Positions 58,881-64,000 of a stretch of DNA of 64,000 bases are shown in pieces. Source of the stretch: Polyangiaceae bacterium (lineage in GTDB: Bacteria; Myxococcota_A; Polyangia; Polyangiales; Polyangiaceae); assembly GCA_044376115.1 (NCBI GenBank), contig JBILLK010000013.1, positions 1 to 64,000 on the forward strand. The letters are read 5' to 3'. The notes beneath the pieces are model-generated. The model had not been told where the DNA came from and searched no databases. It was given only the letters and a program-made list of their open reading frames with translations. Position 1 is the first letter of the stretch, and every line of letters starts with the position of its first letter. Both the position numbers and the translations under genes were made by a program.

Positions 58881-59951
58881 TCACGTGGGGCTTGCGACGA
58901 TCAGCGAGACCGGCGAGGCGTTCTCGATGACTCGCTCGAGCTGGAAGCCCGCGCTCGCGAGCAGCGCGGAGAACTCGGGGCGTGTGCGCTCCTTTCCGCC
59001 CGAACCCAGCAGCATGATCAGATCGAGGAACTGCAGGTACGAGCCATCTCCTTCGGGCACGACGTTCTCCACGATGAAGAGCTTGCCGCTGGGGGCCATC
59101 GCCTGGCGAACCCTCGTGAGCGGGCCGCGCGCGGTGTCGTCGAGCATCTCGTGGAGCACGTTCTTCATGAGGTACGCGTCGTGCCCCTTCGGGACTTCGT
59201 CGAACACGCTGCCCTCGACCACACGAGCCCTGTCAGCGACCCCACGGTCGCGGAAGGTCTGCGGCGCTCGACGAACCGCGTGAGGCAAGTCTAGGTTTAC
59301 TCCCAAGAGCTTCGGGTGGGCCACCAGGATCGCCGCGAGTAGCTCCCCCGCGCCGCCGCCGAGATCGACGAGCGTTTCGAAGCGACCAAAGTCATAGCTC
59401 GTCGCGATCAGCCCCGCGGCCTCGCGCGTGTATTCCGCCATCGAGGCGTCGAACTCGTCGGCCACCTCGGGGTGCTTGGCGAGGTGCTCCCAGAAGGTCT
59501 CGCCGTGGAGCCGCTCGAACACCGGTGGGCCGGCCTCGAGGCCGCGCTCGACGTTCGCCCACAGCGAGCGGTTGTGCGCCGAACCGGCGCTCAGCACCGC
59601 GTTGCGCATCGAGTTGGGCGCCTTCGAAGCAAGCGGTCGGGTGATCGCCGTGAGACCGAAGCGCTTCCCTTTCCGCTCGAGGAGTCCATCCGACGACAGC
59701 GCGCGCAGCAACCGAAAGAGCGCGTCGCCGTCGAACCCGAGCTCCAAGGCAAGCTCGAACGCGTCGCGCTCCGCTTCGTAGAGCGCGTCGGCGACGCCAG
59801 TCCGCGTGATGGCCTCGAGCGCGGCCGCGCGCCATTTGCTGGTCACGATCTCGAGGAGCGTGTACTCGGGTGGCTGGAGGTGGCGGTGAACGAAGGAGAG
59901 CCCGCGTCGCGCGCTCTGGATGGTTTGAACGAGGAGAGTCGGTGGAGCCAT
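58881..59951 (-). CDS. SAM-dependent O-methyltransferase with dimerisation domain
   Basis: LVDLGGGAG, DLP, GSVFDEVP, DAYLMKNVLH, DL.ML...GKERT motifs. Confidence 0.95.
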   Translation of the reverse strand: MAPPTLLVQTIQSARRGLSFVHRHLQPPEYTLLEIVTSKWRAAALEAITRTGVADALYEAERDAFELALELGFDGDALFRLLRALSSDGLLERKGKRFGLTAITRPLASKAPNSMRNAVLSAGSAHNRSLWANVERGLEAGPPVFERLHGETFWEHLAKHPEVADEFDASMAEYTREAAGLIATSYDFGRFETLVDLGGGAGELLAAILVAHPKLLGVNLDLPHAVRRAPQTFRDRGVADRARVVEGSVFDEVPKGHDAYLMKNVLHEMLDDTARGPLTRVRQAMAPSGKLFIVENVVPEGDGSYLQFLDLIMLLGSGGKERTRPEFSALLASAGFQLERVIENASPVSLIVASPT

Positions 59952-59983
59952 GTCCCCACCATGTGCCGCGGGCGAAACTCAAG

Positions 59984-60940
59984 CTAGTCCGCATGTTTGT
60001 GACGCGCTGTCCGCGCAGAGCGGACAGAAGCTCGCGCGCGGGAGCCTCGCGCGATGGCCGCGAGCGACGGCATCGGCTTGATGCGCTTGGTCACGAGCTC
60101 GAGGAAGCGGCGCGTCTTCGCCGGCACGAAGCGCCCGCTGTAGACGACGCACATGGTCGTCGTCCGAGCCGGTCTGCCCTCGAACAGAAGGCGGAGCGAT
60201 CCGTCGGCGACGTGCGACCCGACGAGCACTCCCGGGAGCCTCGCGACGCCCACGCCGAGGAGGGCCGCCTGGAGCGCGGCTTGCGCGCTGTTGACGACGA
60301 GGTGTGGCTCGATCCGGATCGGCTTCTGGCCCTCGAGCGCCCACGTCTCGGTCGCCCACCCCACGGTCCGCGCGGTCGCGAGATCGGCCAACGTCTCGGG
60401 GACACCATGATTCGCGACGTAGGAGGGGCTCGCGGCGTAATACGCGAGGGCCTGTCCGAGCGGCCGCGCGACCAGGCTCTCGTCCCGTGGCGACTCGATC
60501 CAGAAGGCGACGTCGAAGCCCTCTTCGGCGAGGCTCACCGGCCGATCGGCTAGGACGAGCTCGACGCGGGTCTTCGGCCAGACGCGGAGGTACTCGGCGA
60601 CGACGTCCACGAGATACGCGTGACCGAAGGAGACCGTCGACGCCACACGCAAGAGCCCCGTTGGCTCGGCTTGCGCGTTTCTCACGCCGGCGTTCGCCTC
60701 TTCTGCGATCGAGACGATGGCTTGGCACTGCTCGACGTAGCGCGCGCCCGCCTCGGTGGGACGCACGGAGCGCGTCGTACGATGGAGGAGGCGAACCCCA
60801 AGCTCGGCCTCGAGTGCCACGACACGATCGCTCAGGCCCTGCTTGCTCACGCCAAGCGCGCGGGCGGCCGCCGAGAAGCCTCCTGCTTTCACGACGGCAA
60901 CGAGGATCGCCATGTCATCGAGAGAGGTCATCAATGTCAT
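59984..60940 (-). CDS. LysR family regulator (CrgA-like)
   Basis: GGFSAAARALG...LEAELGVRLLHRTTRSVRPTEAG, PTGLLRV and EEGFDVA. Confidence 0.95.
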   Translation of the reverse strand: MTLMTSLDDMAILVAVVKAGGFSAAARALGVSKQGLSDRVVALEAELGVRLLHRTTRSVRPTEAGARYVEQCQAIVSIAEEANAGVRNAQAEPTGLLRVASTVSFGHAYLVDVVAEYLRVWPKTRVELVLADRPVSLAEEGFDVAFWIESPRDESLVARPLGQALAYYAASPSYVANHGVPETLADLATARTVGWATETWALEGQKPIRIEPHLVVNSAQAALQAALLGVGVARLPGVLVGSHVADGSLRLLFEGRPARTTTMCVVYSGRFVPAKTRRFLELVTKRIKPMPSLAAIARGSRARASVRSARTARHKHAD

Positions 60941-61073
60941 CGTCTCACGGACAATCGGGCACTGCGACCGCAACCTGAGGCATTCTGGGGCGCCGAAGCC
61001 TTGCGCCCAGGGCATCAACCGGCAAGGCGCTCCACGCGATCGCGACGCAGGCGTCGTCGCGATCGTCGCCTGA

Positions 61074-63164
61074 ATGGCCGTCGAGACTGCATCGAGCTGG
61101 CTAGTCGAAGCCGCGTCCCGGTACCATTCGCGACCCGTGCTCCATCCCAAGGTCACGCTCGCTACAGGACCGATCTACGATCTCGCCGAACTCCGGGACG
61201 GCAGCATCGCGTGCATGACCCCGAGCGGCATCGAGCTTTTCGATCGCTCACTCGCGCCGGAGGGCATCTCTCCATGTGACGCGATCGGGGACATCCTCGA
61301 ACTGCCCGACGGACGCTTGCTCGTGGGTGGCAAGGACCAACTGTCGTTTCAGGTCGGTCGGCGCGGCGAGCCGCTCGTGAAGGTCGAGTCCTCCGACGAT
61401 CTCAGCCTGTTCAGCCGGTTCGTCCCGACCGAGCGTGGCTTCCTCGCGCTCGCGTTCAACGGCTTCGTCGTCGACGAGGGAGGCGCGCGGCGCATCGTCC
61501 GGCTCGATGGCTTCGGGCACTACCACGGCGGCGTGCCGTGGCGTGGTGGTGCGGCGCTGTTCGCCTTCGAGGGCATCGCGCTGGTCGGCCCCGACGGCGT
61601 GGAGATCGCGCGGACGACCGAGCGGTCGCCGAGCTACCCGTGCGCCTGTGCCGACATGCTCGTGGCGGTCGACAGCCGCGGCGTCGTCGTCCTCGATGCC
61701 GAGCTCAAGATCATCGCGACGATCGATGCTCGCGTGACCTCCGGCGATGATCTCGTCGCGTTTCGCGAGGGGTTCGTGATCCGCAGCTACGACGAGGAGA
61801 CCAACGTCACCACGTTCCAGCACTGGTGTCGCGAGGGCGCGGAGGTGGTCGAACAGTGGTCGGTCCAAAAGCCTGGGCTGCTCGCGGCGCCCTGCGTCGT
61901 GGGCGACCGCGTCGTCCTCGTCCACTACGACGGCGGTGTCTGGATCGTCGATCGCGACGGCGAGGAGCTGGGTCACGTCCCGACGAAGAAGTACTGCGGC
62001 GCGGTGGCCGCATTTGGAGACGGCATCGCGATCTCGGAGCGCGAGGCGTTCGGTGTCGCGTGGTGGCGGCCCGATGGCTCGACGGAGCTGCTCGAGCACG
62101 ACAGCGCACCCGAACGGATGCGGACCCTCTCCGACGGTCGGCTCCTCACCAGCGATGCGCATGCCCTGCTGCTGTGGGACGCCGCGAGCTCGGCACCGGA
62201 GCGTGCCCGCGTCGCGTGTTCGCTGCCACGCGAGGTGCCGCTGCTCGTCGACGGAGCGCTCCTGCGCGTGGTCGGTCCCGGGTTCTTCGGCATCCGGACC
62301 ACGACCCTGACCGGGCAAGCGAGGTTGATCACGGCGGACGCGGAGTGGCGACTACCGATCGAACGCGACGAGGCCTCGACGATCATGCAGGCGCTTGCGG
62401 CCCGCAGCTACGAGGGCACGCCGCCCGGCTACGACGAGCTCGCGTTCGCGCTCGGCACGACGGCGCGCCAGCTTTCGGCCGCCGTCCGCGCACGCAAGAG
62501 CGTCCTCGTGCCGCCACGGCCGCTGCCGGGCTACGAGTATCTGGGCTCGTTCGCGTCGTCGGGCGACCTCACGGTGAGCGACCCCTGTTACCTCGGCAAA
62601 CGGGCGAACCCGGCGCTCGGGTTCTCGCTGTCGAAGAAGGTCGTCGGGCACGACGGCCTGTGGCACGTGTTCGTGCGCGTCGATCCGGACGATCCTCGCT
62701 ACAACGCCGAGCTTTTGACCATCCACACGAACGGCTTCGATACGGTGGCAAGCGAAGGCATCGCCAATCTCGGAGTCGACGCTGGGCTGATGGGCGTGTT
62801 CGACAGCAAGTGCCCCAAGCCCGACCTCGACAGCCAGACCGAGGAGGGCACCTTCGCGGGTCAAGGTGCGATCGTGAGCAGCAACGGCGACGGGATCTAC
62901 CCCGTGTTCGTCGGTACGCACCAGGGCAAGGTCGCGAAGATCCGCGTCCACTTCATGGGTGACGACGCCGAGCTCGATCGCTCGGTCCTGTCGAAGCCGC
63001 GCGAGGCAGCGACCGCGTACAGCCCGAAGACGACCTACGCCGCGGGCGACGCGATCGCCCACCCGAAGTTCGGCACCGGCACCGTCGTTCGCCTCGGCAC
63101 CGATGGCAAGATCGACGTCAACTTCCCGGATGGCATCAAGACGCTCGTCCACGCGCGGACGTAG
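61074..63164 (+). CDS. Multidomain protein: beta-propeller + DUF4241-like + C-terminal Tudor-like domain
   Basis: Repeated LxDGRLL beta blades, SGDLTVSDPCY..GVDAGLMG..GDGIYPV, and GDAIAHPKFGTGTV..KIDVNF.DG.KTLVH. Confidence 0.7.
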   Translation: MAVETASSWLVEAASRYHSRPVLHPKVTLATGPIYDLAELRDGSIACMTPSGIELFDRSLAPEGISPCDAIGDILELPDGRLLVGGKDQLSFQVGRRGEPLVKVESSDDLSLFSRFVPTERGFLALAFNGFVVDEGGARRIVRLDGFGHYHGGVPWRGGAALFAFEGIALVGPDGVEIARTTERSPSYPCACADMLVAVDSRGVVVLDAELKIIATIDARVTSGDDLVAFREGFVIRSYDEETNVTTFQHWCREGAEVVEQWSVQKPGLLAAPCVVGDRVVLVHYDGGVWIVDRDGEELGHVPTKKYCGAVAAFGDGIAISEREAFGVAWWRPDGSTELLEHDSAPERMRTLSDGRLLTSDAHALLLWDAASSAPERARVACSLPREVPLLVDGALLRVVGPGFFGIRTTTLTGQARLITADAEWRLPIERDEASTIMQALAARSYEGTPPGYDELAFALGTTARQLSAAVRARKSVLVPPRPLPGYEYLGSFASSGDLTVSDPCYLGKRANPALGFSLSKKVVGHDGLWHVFVRVDPDDPRYNAELLTIHTNGFDTVASEGIANLGVDAGLMGVFDSKCPKPDLDSQTEEGTFAGQGAIVSSNGDGIYPVFVGTHQGKVAKIRVHFMGDDAELDRSVLSKPREAATAYSPKTTYAAGDAIAHPKFGTGTVVRLGTDGKIDVNFPDGIKTLVHART

Positions 63165-63260
63165 CTGCGCCTAAGCACGCCGTCAGCGTCAAACAGCTTG
63201 TTTGGCGGCACGTTAGCGAAGACTCTTTGAGTTCGACCTCTGCAGCCGGATGAAACCGGT

Positions 63261-63485
63261 CTAGCGGGCACGCAGACGCTGTTCGAGTCGGGCGAAGACT
63301 TCCTCACCGGGGACTGGTTGGACGCGACCAGAGTCGACGTCGTCGACGCGGCGTTGGATCTCTTCTTCCCACTCTTGCCCTAGATCGAAGCCGTCCAAAC
63401 TGGCCGCGATGGCTTCGACCAAATCAGCGCGCTCGCGAGGTGGCAGCTCAAGGGCGGCTTCGAGGACTAGGTTGGGTTCGACCAT
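63261..63485 (-). CDS. Putative addiction-module (antitoxin-like) protein, no toxin partner seen
   Basis: ALELPPRERADLVE.I..SLD...W.EEIQRRV....SGRV..VPGEEVF. Confidence 0.85.
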   Translation of the reverse strand: MVEPNLVLEAALELPPRERADLVEAIAASLDGFDLGQEWEEEIQRRVDDVDSGRVQPVPGEEVFARLEQRLRAR

Positions 63486-63654
63486 CGAGCGGAATCTAGC
63501 AGGATGAGAGGATGCAGGCACGCTGCGCGCTCGATCTTGGCCCTGATCGAGGGCTCGCTGCTCGCGGTCCCGCCCTCGCCGCGCTCTCCAGATGGCGACC
63601 GTCCGCGCGTGCACCAAGTCTTGCCCGACGGTGCGAGCCTCGTCGCAGCGGCTC

Positions 63655-63910
63655 TTTGGTCTGCTTCGGATGCGGCGCTCGCGAGCCCGAGCGCCCCTTG
63701 TGCCCGAGATAGAATATCTCGAGCACAATGGGCAGGTGCGCAGGCGTCCTCCGGGGCTAGCTGCGCGTTCACGTAGCCACAGCACCCTGTTTTTACGCGC
63801 CTTCTGAGCGGCCCGCCGCGCAATGCACGGCCAACCGGAGCTTGTACTCCGCAAGTTCCGCCCATTCGCCCTGAGATAGATCATCTAAGCCACAATGGGC
63901 GGACTTGCCC
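63655..63910 (-). mobile_element. Two-palindrome element (family 2), copy 2
   Basis: 41-bp palindromes at 63693-63733 and 63860-63900, 167 bp apart. The reverse complement aligns with 55035-55295, including the spacer. Confidence 0.7.
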
Positions 63911-63916
63911 GTTCAG

Positions 63917-63963
63917 GAGGTGGCAGCTCAACGGCGGCTTCGAGGACTAGGTTGGGTTCGACC
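63917..63963 (-). repeat. 47-bp duplicate of the 5' end of the addiction-module gene
   Basis: gaggtggcagctcaa(c/g)ggcggcttcgaggactaggttgggttcgacc also occurs at 63437-63483, with 1 mismatch. Confidence 0.9.
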
Positions 63964-64000
63964 GCGAGAACGAGTCCGAACGACGCCATGGGCGACCGTC

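Noticed and set aside
63165..63260. Possible integron attC-like site (also a weak one near 44600-44680)
   Set aside because: Only a half-site resemblance (ccaaacaagctgtttgacgctgac), with no complete R/L box pairing and no integrase.
63486..63884. N-terminal extension of ORF 63261-63884 with an RTCPLC motif shared with ORF 54566-55693
   Set aside because: The shared peptide arises from the family-2 palindromic DNA element. The antitoxin-like domain starts at 63485.

Overview
GC-rich bacterial window that looks myxobacterial (Myxococcota, Polyangiaceae-like). Evidence for that: many Gly-rich lipoproteins, Cys-rich and MYXO-CTERM-type surface proteins, a Ser/Thr kinase next to an ECF sigma factor, and an FHA-sigma54 regulator. 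About 50 CDS, mostly accessory. No rRNA, tRNA or CRISPR-cas was seen. Main observations: (1) a divergent HUH/Y1 (RAYT-like) transposase with a C-terminal HTH at 31250-32065, flanked by oppositely oriented clusters of a 46-bp palindrome. The palindrome occurs 22 times in 8 intergenic loci, mostly as head-to-tail arrays with 72, 93-94 or 104 bp periods and a conserved GGCTCGATGCCC-like leader. (2) Two ORFs broken by in-frame TGA, each followed by a GGU-loop SECIS-like hairpin: a UxxC peroxiredoxin-like protein (29799-30452) and a small protein I cannot assign to a known selenoprotein family (6586-6957, motif YDTT-U-LGG). (3) A second, unrelated ~250-bp two-palindrome element present twice in inverted orientation. 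(4) A ferritin-like/DUF362 fusion coupled to a CrtI-like oxidoreductase, a PhlG-like DAPG hydrolase, two broken or chimeric genes and several short gene-end duplications. All family assignments come from motifs recognised by eye; no database search was run.
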